A DNA stretch of 64,000 nt from Glaucostegus cemiculus (GCA_976551045.1 CDPCPM010000050.1:9548001-9612000); one strand, 5' to 3'. Positions 27,861-42,745 are shown, counted from the stretch's first letter. Program-made: numbers and translations. Notes: generated from the letters alone by a model not told the origin.

Positions 27861-27893
<33 letters not shown>
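27818..27893. repeat. Compound (TG)n/(GAGT)n/(GA)n microsatellite at the start of the 5' leader
   Basis: Directly visible. Confidence 0.93.
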
Positions 27894-28342
27894 CAGCAGC
27901 CTGCAACGGCGGCAGCGGCACCAAGAGCGGCGGCCGGCCGGCACCGAATTCTCCATTCCTTTTCTTTTTTAAAAAAAACTTGGGTGGTGGACGCAGAAGA
28001 CAACAACACTCTTGGGGGAGAGAGAGAGACAGACAGGAGGAAAAAAAGAGAGAGAATTATAATTAAACCTTTTGGGAGCCTGCTGAATTAAAGCGGACAG
28101 TCTCTGGGCGGACGTCACTCCTTCCATCGCCGTGGAGATTTCCAGTTCTAATTTTTTAAATATTTATTGCTTATTATTTTTGTGTGTGTGCGCGGGAGGA
28201 GGTGGTGGCGTTGGGGGTCTGATTTTTTTTTAAACTTATCCACATCCCCCCCCCCCCACCCCACCACCCCTTTCCCCTCCCCGCCTCCCTGGATCTGTGT
28301 ACATATTTATTATTTTTTTGCAAACCAAGACGGAATCTTTAA

Positions 28343-29507
<1,165 letters not shown>

Positions 29508-29745
29508 GCTGAATTAACTGGCATCAAATGGCGTAGGTACAGTTTCCAGGGACTTGGGGGCTGTGGTCCCATCATCTCAGCACCAGCTCAGGATGATCCT
29601 ATTTTGCAGACCTTTATTAGATGTCTACAGGCCAATCTGCTGTGTGTATGGCGACGAGATGTGAGACCTGAAGCCAAGGAATTGTGGATTTACTGGTGGG
29701 GAGAGGAACCGAATCTAGTTGATATAATTCATCATGAATTACGAG
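29508..29745 (+). CDS. MED13L: MED13L coding exon 2 ([79 protein letters not shown])
   Basis: Acceptor CAACAG|GCT at 29507/29508, 238-nt open frame in phase with exon 1, phase-1 donor GAG|GTGAGT at 29745/29746. [28 protein letters not shown] and KELWIxWWG are characteristic of MED13L rather than MED13. Confidence 0.97.
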
Positions 29746-32700
29746 GTGAGTTGCATCTTTCTTCAATAAAACAGTTGAAGTGAAGGAGGAGTTCACATGT
29801 TTACTATTTTTCAGGCTTGCACTGATATTTTGAAGGTGCATGTATGATGTATCAAATCTTGGATTTTTTTTCCTTGCAAACCTGTCTTGAATGCTTTGAT
29901 TTTGGGCTTGCCCCAGAAAATGATTTTGACCATTAATTGCAAATATGTAGTTATTAGTAATTTATAAAGAACATGTTTTATGGGATTTTCACTTTGATTT
30001 TCCAGAACTGGCAGGGACTTTCAGTAGATCTCAGGAACTGTTTGTGATACCAGAAATTGACTGTTCTTGTGTTGCCTTTCTTAAAAAACAAATTATTGAA
30101 AATATTTGTAGAAATCTTCCCCACTCACCTGCGGAAGCTCTTGTTGATTTGAGTGTGGTGGATATGTTGGGTGCTTTGTGTTCAGATAGGGATGCATTTT
30201 TTAAGTGGCTGGTGTTTTACAGCCTTTGGCCTCTGGAAAGCTCCAGAGGGGCCTTCTGCAAGGTAATTTGACTCTGTCAGCAGGATAGTTGTATACTATT
30301 TACTGCAAGAATTCTTAGAATTCCTAACTATTCTCTTCCACATTTCAGATTGTCTTCCACTTTTAAAATGCTGATGTATTAATTGTTTGTGTAAATTTTG
30401 TAGCATATTCTCTTGTAGCATTTGCACACTAGATGTAATAGTAGACTTCGTGGAAAAAATTTCTTATTTGCATATAGAATGCAAACAAATTGAATAGAAC
30501 TTGCTCTGCACAGTAAAGATTTTATGGATAGTGAGTTTAGCAGCCTGGAAACACATTTCAGCTGTTGGGGAGCCCCCCTTACTTGGAGATCAAACACTTA
30601 GCAAGAAACTTGTGCAGGATGATGTGGTCGACAACAGCTGTGAATTTTTTTTTGTCGAGGCATGCTATGGCTGTGGATTTAAGCCTTTTATTGCTCTCTT
30701 ACATGAAAAATAGTAAAATGATGTAAAATCAAAATGCTATTTTGTTGGATATCCATTATTGTAATAAATTGGTAAACTATTCTGCCTTTCTTAAGGAGTA
30801 TTATGGTGCATGTTGCACAGTTGCATGCCAAAATTTAAGAAATGGTTTGGAAAAGTTATTTGTCAAGAACCATGAAAATAGGTCTGTGAATGAAGGATTT
30901 GCATGTGTCATCTAGTTAATGAATTTTGGTAACTTGTTTGACTTTTGGCTTCTATTACTTTGCCTTTCTGTCATTACCTTGTACTTTGTTTAACATCTGT
31001 GAACATAGATAACTAATCATTATGTGGACATTAGTTGCAGATTGGTAGTTTAAAAAAAACTGTTGGCTTGAGTGCAAAAATAAATGGCAGTTTCCAGTTA
31101 TAGTTCTGTCTGTGGTTAAATCTTTCTGGAACTTTCTTTAGAAGAATTATAGATACTGTCCATCAAGTTTTCACATGAAATGTGAGTAGGCAGTGAATTG
31201 AAATTACGCTGACAATTGATACATTAACATATTTTTTATATCTTGGTTACTTAGTTTCTATTGTGAAATTTCAGTAGGAAGGCTGATGAAAGGTTGAAAT
31301 ATTTTGAGACTTGAAGATCAGACTCTGCAGTGGTAACAGTTACAGTATTCTGCAATAGGAATAGAAATAGTAAAACCACAATTTGTTCTGGTGTGCACTG
31401 TTTGTCACTAGGGTGACGCTGATGTAAGCATTTTGCAGTTGAGGAATGTTTTTGCTGTCTTCTAATGTAGCTGAGCTAGGCTACATTAACCTGGGTATTT
31501 TAAAAATATTAATTGCTTTTTAACACTGCAGTTTCTTCATTTGTGGGGATTTGATACTAGCACAGGTTGTGGAAAAAAAATCAAGCTCTTTTAAGCTTCT
31601 AGGCTTTATTAATGAGCAATCAAGGCACACATTTTTGAAGTGAAAGCAGAAATACTTTTTGATTTCTCAACCTGCACTTTGTGCTTTATATCTTTATCTT
31701 TAAAAGATTAAATGTCAGTGACGTTGTATGTTGTAAATTGTATGTTGTAAATGAGGGAAATTGTTGGTGTCATTTATTGATCAAATTGAGTTATCTTGAG
31801 ATCAGCTGTTGGAAATTTTTTGGCTAGTTCAGTTAAGGAAAAGTTAGAATTGACTTTTTGAAAGGTCTTTATTACTTCAAGCACTGAATCTCTTGTGATT
31901 AGTTAGACTGAATTTTCTATTTGCTGATAGGTTTATTTTCCTGCTTGTTTCTTGGTTCATTATTTTCAAGCAGTGAAAAAATCATTGCTATCCTGAAAGT
32001 TAATTAGAAAGTAGTTCACAATAGGTAAGTTTTTTAGCTTTCTGTAAACCATTAAACAGTAATATTTCATTTGTGAATTTATAAATTGTAGCTCTGGCCA
32101 GTTGCTATTTGCCAGACAGCTTCCTACACTGGATAGAGATTTGAAATGGTGTGAAAAATAATGTTTAATATGCCTGAACTTGGCTTGGAGACACTTTGTA
32201 GTTGCTTCAAGGAGCTGAATTTAAATGCATGGCCATAATGAGATGCTATTGTAGCTGCTCATTGTGGGTGGAGTTTTAAGGATGCAGAACTGTAAGTGTA
32301 TTGTCTGAATGTGCAGTCTGTTTCATTTACATTCAGACCAAAAGCCATTTCAGAGGTCACAGGCATTCCTGAACTAGGGATAACTGCAGGTATTGCACAT
32401 AGTCATTTAAGTGAATCATGACCACTTCAATTATTGATAAATGTGCAAATTGCACTGATGAAACTTTAAATTCAAGCATTGTTTAGTAAGTGTGGCTTTT
32501 GAACTTCGATGAAAAGTTAAAATTGAACTGTGTGAGTCTTCATATTGAAGATAAAGTAGACTTAGATGCATTTGGGGAATTTGCCCCACCTACTAGCAGT
32601 TGTAGAGATGTTATAAAGTGAGTCCAGAAACCCTTTTGAATAAAGGTTTTGAATTGATGCAAGTTTGTTTGCCTTCATGTTGCATACAGCAGACTGTTAC

Positions 32701-34059
32701 TGTTTGCTCCTTTCTCATCATAGATTCTGTATCCTTTTTCTCTTCCAGTTACATCTGGTGTGAGAGGCAGTCACTAGCTGCTACAGTGGCCCTGCATGCT
32801 CTAACTTGAGGTTCCCCTTTAATCCCTACTTTCTCGGCTGTTTTACCCCTTTTGGTGTCCCACCATCCTGTTACCACTTCTGTTGGTGCTGCTGTCAGAC
32901 AAAAGTTTCACAACTTTTTGATGAAATTGCAAACTCTTGTTCTTGCTACCATATTTTTACTTTTGTTTTGGTCACCACTCTTGTTCACCTATTCTGTTAT
33001 TTCATATTGATCAAATTGTTAAACTCTTCCTTTGAATTAATAAACCTTCAATTTATAGAACACACAAGTTGCAACAAATAGGTTATTTAGTAAATGTCTT
33101 TATCCCACACACTACTTTAAAAATGTGTTGATTATAAACTTTGGTAGTTAATGATGTCCAAACATTGCTTTTGGATAGGAAGTGTTTTGCCAGTAGAATT
33201 AACATGGTTATCCAAACTAGACAATTTGTTACATTGTGGGTGTTCAGACTGCACAATCCAAACTTCACTTGGAGTCAATACTGCAGGCTAAAGTATGGAT
33301 ACTAAGCTCAGAATTTGGGGGAAAAGTTTTAATGCAGGCACAAGAAGGTCCAGTGATGCATTTAATTGTAATATCAACTTAATGAATTTTTGGCACATTT
33401 ATTTTGGGCATTGTAATTTTATGTACTTAAGTGTGTGGCGGGGGGGGCGGTGGATGCTGGAGGGAACAAATTGGGTAACTGTGATTTGTGGCAACACTGA
33501 CTAGATTCTGCAATCTGATGTTATGTCCTTACAGTAAGATAGCATCTGTTGTTTCACAGTGTGACACCTTACCTTTCAAAGTACTTTCATAGTGCCACCT
33601 GCAGGAATATCAAGTACTGCAGGTGTTTGAGTTTGCAATGAAGTCTCAAAAATGTGATTTTTATAAGGTTTAGTTTGATTACTTTGCACCACTTAAAACC
33701 ACTAATTTTCTATTTCCATATACATTCTTGCAGCAATTTTATGTAGGTGGAACAGAAGTCAACCTCTGTATACTTGATTATTTTTCCATTGTCTGTGTAA
33801 GACCTGGAATTGGACTGATGCTTTAATCAAAATATTAGAATCTGTTATGCACTCCTATACATTATTTTTCTCCTAATGTAATAGAGGATAGGCATAAATT
33901 TCAGTGATTATGTAGCCAGAAGATTAATGGTGCCAATTTGTATTTCTGTTGCTTCTACTGGAGCAAAACATAAATGTTTACAGCATTATTGAATAAATGC
34001 GATCGTGTGAATGTTATCTGATGAACAGAACTTTAGTCGAGTAGTTGGAATTTAAGGAT

Positions 34060-34250
34060 CAACTTGAGGAAAAGCAGGGAGGAAGATTTAAGGAGCATTT
34101 TTCAAAGCATAGGGCCTTAGCAGGTGATGGGAGGGCCATTAGTGATGGAATGATTACGTTTGGGGTATACATGGCCAGAAATGGAGGAGTGCACCTTTTG
34201 AGCATAATGTAACTGGAATGGCTTGGAGATGAAATGGGTCAAGGCCATAA
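34060..34250 (-). mobile_element. Decayed L2-type LINE fragment
   Basis: AGCATAGGGCCTTAGCAG...GGCCAGAAATGGAGGAGTGCA...CAAGGCCAT resembles antisense L2 3' sequence. Confidence 0.45.
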
Positions 34251-36852
34251 TTTTGTGTTACCAATGTCTGAAGATTACTTACTAAAATGCTGATTCCAGT
34301 TTTAAAAATGTATTAAATGCTTCTGAAACATTTGGTTTAAATTCCGTTTTGTATTTAATGGTGAAGCACTTGTGATAGAATGCCTAATGGTTATATTCAG
34401 ATAGTTTGGTATTGCAGAAATTTATCTTGCTTCAATTTGTTCAGCATTTGAAATCAAAGGGATTTTCCAGTGATGTGTTGCTGAAATTTGTCTTCTAAAT
34501 AAGTTTATTTTGGTATTGTCAACTATTGGAAGCTGTTGTTCCTTGGTTTAGACCTAATAGTTTTTAGGAAATGTTTTACTTTGCAGGGTAGTAACTAACA
34601 TTCACTTATACTTTTGAGCTTCACTCCAAATGACTGGAACAGACTGTTTGTGCAGTTTTGTGGGAGTGTCAATTTATGTGATGTTGATTACATTGTTGCT
34701 TATTTCCAGATTTGTCTGCAGAACTGTCGTGCTTTTGGCTGAATTGTGTTGAAGCTAAGTCAGTAATTGATGTCATAGATTATTATGCTGCTGTTATTTG
34801 TCAGTTATTGGGAAGGATTTAATTCTCTCCTAATAAAAACTCATCTGACCTGTTTGTGTCCATAATGTAATGTTTCTCCCAAAGCTCTACAAATACTTTG
34901 TTTGACACAACACTAACATGCCAAGTTGTGGAAAAAATAAGGTTTTTTTTTGCAGAGGGGAGTTTGTATTCCTTCCTAGAAAAAGCAATGAAAACAGTTT
35001 GTGCAAAATGTGATTGGTCCAAGTGGTGTGCATTATGTTGTGGTCACCTCTGTAATTTTGTTGAGATTTGGATGCTTTCAGAGAATGCATGTTATTTTTA
35101 ACCATCTAAATAATCGTGCAAAGCCATTGTTTTATGAATGACATTTGTTGCAAGTTTCAAGCATGTTTTTATTATTGTGGCAAACCATGAACATGATGAC
35201 CTGATTGTTAGTGTACTTTTCAAAATATATGTGCCCTTATAGCTAATGTTCTGCATTATAGTAAATCATGGGCTTAAAATCAGATAATGAGGTATTGTAT
35301 TATGTAGATCCAAAATACCTTTCTTGACAAAACAAGCTTAAATAATTATCCTTTTTGGCAACTTTAATTCAAGATCTTGGCACTTTTCCCTTTTGGCCCA
35401 AATATTTGTAAACATCTTTTGACTGCAGGAATAGATACATCTCATAGAAATAATCACTTTATTCTTTTGATGGCTGACTTTTATTGTTAAATATTGAATG
35501 ATATGTTTTGTTTGTAACTGCTTAAGCAGCATTCACATCATTCAGTGGAAATTAATGTAGTTCTGTTTAGAGGTGCATGCCCGAACTCAAGGTTTTTGAA
35601 CATGAAAAAAATTGAACTTTATGTATAGGCTACATGTTGGTGTATTGGAAACTTTAGTTACAGACATAACACTATATTTTTGTTTCCAGCACAGCTAAAC
35701 AAGCTAATCTTGTACTTACAATGTGTTAACTAAAGTTTCAAAGATGTTAGGTCATGAGGGGAAAAAGATTAAAATGCTTTGAACAAGGGAGAAAAATTGC
35801 AAATACAAGTAAATGCTGAGCTACTTTCGCAAACCTAAATGTGCAGTTTCTTTGTCTTGCAGAATCAGTGTAACAGTGTTAGTTGCATCAAGTTATGATT
35901 TGCCAACCCACGTGTGAATTATACATGTCTGATTTTTTTTATTTTGGTTGTATAGTTGACATTATGTAATGTGGCAATTGTCACTTTTCACATCTTGTTT
36001 CATGCTTACTCTGGAATGCTAAGATGAGGATAACTTTAAATCTTCCCTTTTGGATTGTACAAATAACATCCATTTCCTTCCATGTAATTTTATCTACTAT
36101 ATTAATTGTAGCTTGTATTGCTTAGTGAACCTCATCTTATTTGTTTAAATTTGATCGGGAAATATTGCCTAGGGCATTGGGATTCAATGACTCTCTTTTC
36201 CAATGGGCAGCCCTTAAGTTTACTTAGCAGAAAAGTCACAAGGTCTTAAATCTCTGTCTACCCTTCCCAACTCTAGACGGGTCTCCTTTCCTATTTCCAA
36301 CAGACTATTGTCTCCCAAATTCCTAAATTGCTTGTTACTGGTAATGGTTGCTGGGTGTGAATTTGACAAATCATTTGGTCTGCAAGCCAATTTATTAGAG
36401 TGCTCAAAATTTTATTTTTATTGATGCAATGTGAAATCATTGGTTGGTGTAGGTAGCTTGCTAAATTCTGAATCATGGGGAAATCTAGTGGAATATGGCC
36501 ATGAATTTTTGTAATTGAGATTTTGAAATAGTAGCAGTTAATACTAGCTTGTTCTTGATGATGTTGTGTGGCTTTGGTGTCCTTTTTGGTTTTGAAAGAT
36601 GTCATGCATCAAGGGCTTGTGCTATCAACTGTTGCTTGTCAAAATGCTCATGAATATGTATATTTTGTTAACTGAGTTTGGTTATAATCTGGCTACTAGA
36701 TTCCAGTGATTATCTTACAAGATTACTTGGTGTTTATGAATTGCTTTACTTAAAGTTCACTCCCAGATTTCTTTATAACCTCCAGAACAATATTTTCCTT
36801 GAAGTATACAAATTGTATGTGGAAGGATTTTCTGCACAGATTATTTTGCAAA

Positions 36853-37205
36853 TTTGGTATTAGTTTACTATTGTCACCTGTACCAAGGTGTGGTGAAAAA
36901 CTTGTCTTGCATACAGTTCATACAGGTCAATTCATTGCACAGTGCAGATACATTGTGTTAGTACAGAGTGCATTGAGGTAGTACAGGTAAAAACAATAAC
37001 AGAGTACATAGTAAAGTGTTACAGCTATAGAGGAAGTGCAGTGCAGGTAAATAAAATGCAAGGTCACAAGGTAGATTATGAGGTCAGGAGTCCATCTTCG
37101 TATAAGGGAGCTGTTCAGTAGTCTTAATACAGTGGGATAGAAGCTGTCCTTGAGCGTGATGGTATGTACCCTCAGGCTCCTGTATCTTCTGCCTGATGGG
37201 AGAGA
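36853..37205 (-). mobile_element. Rex1/Babar LINE 3' end (5'-truncated)
   Basis: Minus-strand LPSGRRYRSLRVHTITLKDSFYPTVLRLLN (Rex1 ORF C-terminus) followed by the 3' UTR. Confidence 0.88.
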
Positions 37206-37705
37206 ATTCCCTTTGCCAACTGACAAGGTGGGGTGGGAAGGACACTTAAAATCCCAATTAAGTTTTCCTAATTTTTACTGTTAAATTTACAAAATTGACC
37301 AAGGTTTCAGATGGAATCACTCAAGTGCTACACTTCAGTGTATTTGTGGAACTTGGAAGACAAGCTTTTTAAACACAAGGTTACCAGTATTTCTCTTAAT
37401 TTGCTGAAACCAATGCAGCCTTTAAATGGTTCTGCATTTGAATTTAAAATAACAAATTTGGGTTGCATGTAGATGTCAGATTAGACAGCTTGATTAAAAG
37501 CTTTTTGTCTGGCTTTTCATCTAGTTGAGGCTGATCCAGGTACCATACTGAATTTTGCATTTTAAAAAATACTTAAAGAAGAACCTATTTGAAAAGATCT
37601 TGAGGCAAGAAGATCATACAGTGTACGTTTAGAATCAGACTGCTCTTGCATCTGATTGTTTGGATATCTGGTTTGGTCATTGGTCTGGAATATGAGCTGG
37701 GGATT

Positions 37706-38218
37706 CAGAGTCATAGTCATACAGCATTGAAACAGGCCATTCAACCCACTGTGTCCATGCCAACCATTCATGTTAATTCCATCTTCTAGCACTTGGATCC
37801 CTTGTCACTTATCTTAAATCTTTGTCCTCCAGTTTTATTCACCTCTGATAATGAGCAAAGATTCCTGCAGTTTATCATGTCAATGTTCATCATTTTATAT
37901 GCCTCAATTAGTTTCCCTCTTAGCCTCTTCTGCTCCAGAGAAAACAGACCTAGCTTTTCTAGTCTCTCCTCATAACTTCCTGGTGAATCTCTTCTGCATT
38001 CTCCAGTACTATTACATCCTTCCTACAGTGTGGTGACCAGAACTGCACACGGTACTCCACCTGCGGTCTGATCAATGTTTTATAAAATTGGAGCATAATT
38101 CTTCTTGTATTCAATGCCCCGACTAATGAAGGCCAGTATCCCATATGCTACCTTAATCACGTTATCAGCCTGCGTTGCCACCTTCAAGGATCTTTGGACT
38201 TGCACACCCTCTGTTCCT
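37706..38218 (-). mobile_element. CR1-type LINE 3' portion with internal deletions
   Basis: Minus-strand MLQFYKTLIRPQVEYRVQFWSPHCRKDVIVLE (cf. [25 protein letters not shown]); antisense 3' tail AGAGTCATAGTCATACAGCATTGAAACAGGCC. Confidence 0.9.
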
Positions 38219-38334
38219 ACTTTTCAGTGTGGCCAGGTGAATGTCAAGGATCCTAGGCTATGATTTTAAAGAAGTTAAAAGTAGCTGCACTTTGGTTCAG
38301 TATTTATCACTTAATCAACTTCATTAAAGGAACT

Positions 38335-38465
38335 AATTATCTGGCCATTATCATGTTGCTGTTTGTTCAAATTGATTTTGCATTTTCTAAATTAAACTTT
38401 TATGCTTTGGAAATACTTTGGGACATTTGTAAGTCCTGAAATGTGTGGTATAAATGTAGGTCTTC
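38335..38465 (+). mobile_element. Deu-type SINE 3' half, decayed
   Basis: TTATCTGGCCATTATCATGTTGCTGTTTG...CTTTGGGACAT...TATAAATGTAGGTCTT. Confidence 0.5.
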
Positions 38466-38619
38466 AGAAAAAAAGTTGATCGACTTAAATTTAATTTGAA
38501 CTAATAAAAATCATTGTGCAAGATTGGATAGTTCAGATCTGGACTTCATTTGAAGCTATTGGATGAAATGTTTTTGTTATTGGAATTTGAGTAAAGGAAA
38601 GTTTTTGTGCAGGTGGGTA

Positions 38620-38685
38620 AAAAGGTCGGCATGGATGTGGTGGGTTGAAAGGCCAGTTTCTGCATTGTATGAATCTTGGGACTCA
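38620..38685 (+). mobile_element. CR1 3' terminal stub
   Basis: GGTCGGCATGGATGTGGTGGGTTGAAAGGCCAGTTTCTGCATTGTATGA is the sense version of the tail at 37706. Confidence 0.7.
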
Positions 38686-40494
38686 AATGTTTGCATTTCT
38701 TAGATGTATGACTCAATAACAAGCTAAAATGTTGTCACTCCTAATTTAAGGAAATTTTGCATTCTGGATGAAGTAACGGTGATTGAAGTGTCAACTTAGG
38801 TTGCTAGGAATGAAGAATAGAAAGAACGTTGGCCTAATTTTGATTCCATGTTGCGCAAAGAAGCACAGTTTGTGATGTTGAACACCACTTGCAGAGAAAT
38901 GTATCGAAGCACCTAAATACCTGTACTAAGAGAATGGTGTGCTCCCAGTTGTAACCAAACCAGTTTAACAAAGCTTCAAAGGTGCCATTGCCAGAATTGG
39001 GTCTTGCGGCCACTTGTGACTATGTGGAATATAACTCCAGTAAACGTGAAGCAGTTTAAAATGCTCAGGGTTCTGTTTCATGTGCTTTTGTAACAAACAA
39101 TGAAATATTTGGAAAATATATGCATAGTCTCCTTAACTTTTGTACTTTGAGCCACTGGACCTTGTAGTGAAATTTTTGTTCAACCCATCCAGTACAGAAT
39201 AGTGTTTATGCTTGTGAATTTTGCAGCATCACAAAAGTGGAATAGATTAACAAAGCGTTATGTACGTTTTTCCACTGTCTTAACTTCAGTCTCTGCCTTC
39301 CACACATCCTTCTTTTGTACTCACTTTCTCTTTTTAAGATAAGGTTTCTTTTGATGCTTTTACTATAAGTCCAGCTTTGACAAAATGAATAACATTCTTA
39401 GCTTGAGGGATAGGCAGAAAAACATTGCCTTGGTGTGACAGCTTTTCCAGGTATTTTTTGGGAGGGATGGTGGAATGTTTAACTTGGCATGGAGAAAATG
39501 ATCATATTGAAGCTCTTTTTTTAAATCGTGGAGGGCTGTGGGAATGTTTTTCTTTTGGTTTAGTGTTAACTGGGATGTATCCAGGTATAATTTTGATACT
39601 CCATTAAATTCTTCAATAGGTGATGCCTGTATTAATTATCTTAGTAATCATTCTTAATATTGCTGCTTATTCTCAAATATGCTGGTACTTCATAGAATGC
39701 TAATTTGTTATGGTGTTTTTGGACTTTGAATGCAAGCACTTGCCAATGGTATGCCCTTGTTTTTTGAGAAGGGAATCAGCTCAGGCTGCACAGTGCTGTG
39801 CTCGGAACTTGACATGCATTCCTGCCCTCCACTAGTACTACTCCAACAATGTATAGGACAATGGCTTGGTGAGTAAGGGTGCCTGTGAGAATTGGTGTTG
39901 AGCAAGCTGGATGTGCCCACTCACTGCAGAAATCTGGGGTTCAGGGCTGCACCCTGGCCAGTAAGATGAGTGTGGGCTATTGCTGGGCATTGGCAGCACC
40001 TGTTCCACGTGTTGAGAGACTGACTGACTTGATCTTGCAGTATCCCTCACCATCACTTGTTGGATGTGATAGAGGTCCTTGTCTCCTCTTTGGCTGCACA
40101 GCTCTCCCAGCCCTAGTGAACTTACTACCTTAGAGAAATTCTTGTGAATCAATTTTCATTTCGTTTAATTGTTATATTGCATTATGAAACCGATTGCATT
40201 TCAATTGCTGTTGTTAGCTTTCATTTCAGAATGTATGCTGATGTAATTGGGCTTGTGTTGAAACTGCAGCATGGATACAGTGAAATTGTAATTTGAATTG
40301 CAATTTCGTGTGTCTTTTCTTGAAGTAATTGGCTACAGCTGGTTTAACTCAAATTTATGTAAGTAATATATAAGGAAGAAAGATATCCCAAGATAACTGT
40401 AGCTCAGTAAACAACCTGTGTATCTTGGATAATCGGAGTTCTACTAGGACTTTTAAACAACTTGCTGACTTTGTGGTTTTATAGTCACTTTGGT

Positions 40495-41255
40495 CAGAAA
40501 ATGCTGGAAGCACTTACAGGACAGGCCTAGTTTCTGGAAAGATTGAAGACCCTTGGTTGAAGACCCTTGTTTCATAACTGGGAAACCAGAGAAGAAAACA
40601 ATTTCAAATTGCAGAAAGACTGAGGGAGAATTAGATTTGGCAAAAGGAACATCTGTTATACGGTGAGGCTCTGTTGATCTGAGGTTTATGGAGCTGTCTC
40701 ATGGATTAATGAAAGTAGAAAACAAAACCTGTCATGCAGATCAGAGCTGTTGCTGCAATATGAAACCAAAAGGACAATGCTAGAAGTGCCCAAGAAATAA
40801 GGTAGAACCTGTGGAAAGAGAAAGTGAGTTAGCAATGAATGGATAACTACAGAATTGGCCAATTCTGACATGCACAAAAAATTTCAATATTGAACCCCAA
40901 AGGATGAAATGTGCCTACATGAAAGATAAGGTGCTATTCTTCAAGCTTATATTGGGTCTTGTTGGGAAAACTGCAGGAGGTCACAGATAGCAGTGTGGGA
41001 ATGGGATCGAGAATTAATGTGACAAGGATCTGGAAACGTGGGGTTGCCCCTACAGACTGAATGGAGTTGCTTTACAAAGTGGTCATCCAATCTGCATTTG
41101 TTTTCACCATTGTAAAAGAGACAAGGTTGTGAGCAGTTTACCAGATTGGAAGAATGAATCATTGCTTCACTGGAAAGGAATGTTTTAAAACCTCTGGTGG
41201 GAAGAGATGAAGTGAAAGGGCAGGTATTTATCTCCTGTGGTCGCATGAGAAACAG
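40495..41255 (-). mobile_element. Penelope-like element: GIY-YIG endonuclease remnant plus pLTR-like 3' repeats
   Basis: Minus-strand SSNLVNCSQPCLFYNGENKCRLDDHFVKQLHSVCRGNPTFPDPCHINSRSHSHT (cf. SSNLVYCIRCSxCGLLYIGETKRRLGDRFAEHLRSV...PVACHFNSPSHSH); pLTR-like starts at ~40495 and ~40771. Confidence 0.85.
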
Positions 41256-41610
41256 CTGTGAGAAGGGGCATACAGGCAACCCCCACAGTATAATGTTGGG
41301 GGGGGGGGGGGTGAGAGAGAAGGTGTTGTGTTCCATGCGTTCCAAGTAAGCAGTTTGTATTGAGATTTTCCATAACATGAAACCCTGTTGTCTGTGTTTG
41401 CTTGAAGAAATGCATGTTGAAAAATAAATTTGGCATTTATTGTTTTTTCACTTAAATTCCTTGAGTGAATTTTATTCTGTATCTCAAATTTTTATAGTGT
41501 GATTTATTAATTCTGTAAGGTTGAATTTCCATTACCCAAATGGTTGTAATGCAGGGATCGCCTGTAGTTGGAGGAGATGGAAAAGTAGTCCAGGATGATG
41601 CAAAAGGAAA

Positions 41611-42745
41611 AGGCTGCTGTTCATTAACTATACTTCAGCGTTCAACACAATCGTCCCATCCAAACTTATCAAGCTTGAAGACCTGGGTCTCTGTACCTCT
41701 GTACTTCCCTCTGCAACTGGATCTTTGACTTCCTCATCAGCAGACCTCAATTCAGTGAGGATTGGTAACATCTCTTCATGTGCCATCGACATGGGTATAC
41801 CTCTAGGCTTTGTGCTTAGCCCCCGGCTCTACTCTATATTCATACAATTGTATAGCTAAGCATGGCTCCAATGCCATATACACATTTGCCAACAACACCA
41901 GTGTTATTGGATGAATATCACATGATGAGTCGGCATACAGGAACACCTGGTTGAGTAGTGCAGCAACAACAACTTCTTGTGCACTGTAAGTAAAACTAAA
42001 GAACTGTTGACTTCAGGTAGGGGAAGGAGGATGAATGTGCGCCATTCTGCATCGGTGGTTCAGTGGCGGAGAAGATCAGCAGCTTTAAGTTCCTGGGTGT
42101 TAATATATAGGGTGGCCTGTTCTAGGCCCAGCACGTAGATGCAGTCACAAGGAAGGTGTGCCAGTGTCTTTACTTTCTTAGAAGGTTAAGGTGGTTTGGC
42201 TTGTCACCGAACACTAACAAACTTCTGCAGATGAACTGTTCAAAGTATCCTGACTGTGTCATTGCCTGGTTCACCAATTCAAATGCACAGGGACATAAGA
42301 AGCTGCAGAAACTAGTGGACTTGGCCCACTGCATTAGAGTCACATCCCTCCCCACCATCAGTAGTATCCATATGAGGTGCTGCCTCAAGAAGGAAACATC
42401 CATCATCAAAGATCCCCATCATCTGGGCCATGCTGCCATCTTGCAGCTACTATAGGGCAGGAGGTTCAGAAGCCTGAAGTCCCACACCACCAGGTTCAAG
42501 AACAGCTACTTCCCTTCAACCATTTGCTTCTTGAACCAACCTGAACAATCCGAATCACTACGTCAGTATAGCAACACCATGACTACTTTGCGCAACAATG
42601 AACTTATTCATTCTAATTGTGTTTATTTTTGTCTAATTGTGTTTTTCTTGTGAATGTTATGTATCTGATGCTATGTGCCTATGACGCTGCCGCAAGGAAG
42701 TTTTTCAGTGCATTTGTGCATATGTGGACTTGTGCATCTGATTTG
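41611..42745 (+). mobile_element. Rex1/Babar LINE, 5'-truncated, RT pseudogenised
   Basis: RLLFINYTSAFNTIVPSKLI, LCNWIFDFL, YTFANNT (41878-41898; catalytic FADD decayed to FANN), SKTKEL, SFKFLGV, LYFLRRLR, TTRFKNSYFP, then 3' UTR; several frameshifts. Confidence 0.92.

Noticed and set aside
27378-28066. Longest ORFs in the track (192 aa minus, 110 aa plus and others)
   Set aside because: Products of GC-rich, stop-poor CpG-island DNA and GA/TG microsatellites (LSLSLS, RERERE); no protein-family signal.
29982-30023. Pair of NF-kB-like sites (GGGATTTTCA, GGGACTTTCA)
   Set aside because: Each misses the terminal C of the consensus; expected by chance without conservation data.
31724-31751. Perfect 14-bp tandem duplication TTGTATGTTGTAAA x2
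   Set aside because: Ordinary slippage duplication with no sign of function.
39700-40150. GC-richer block with overlapping ORFs of 70-104 aa
   Set aside because: No recognisable domain or splice structure; probably an old TE remnant that I cannot classify.
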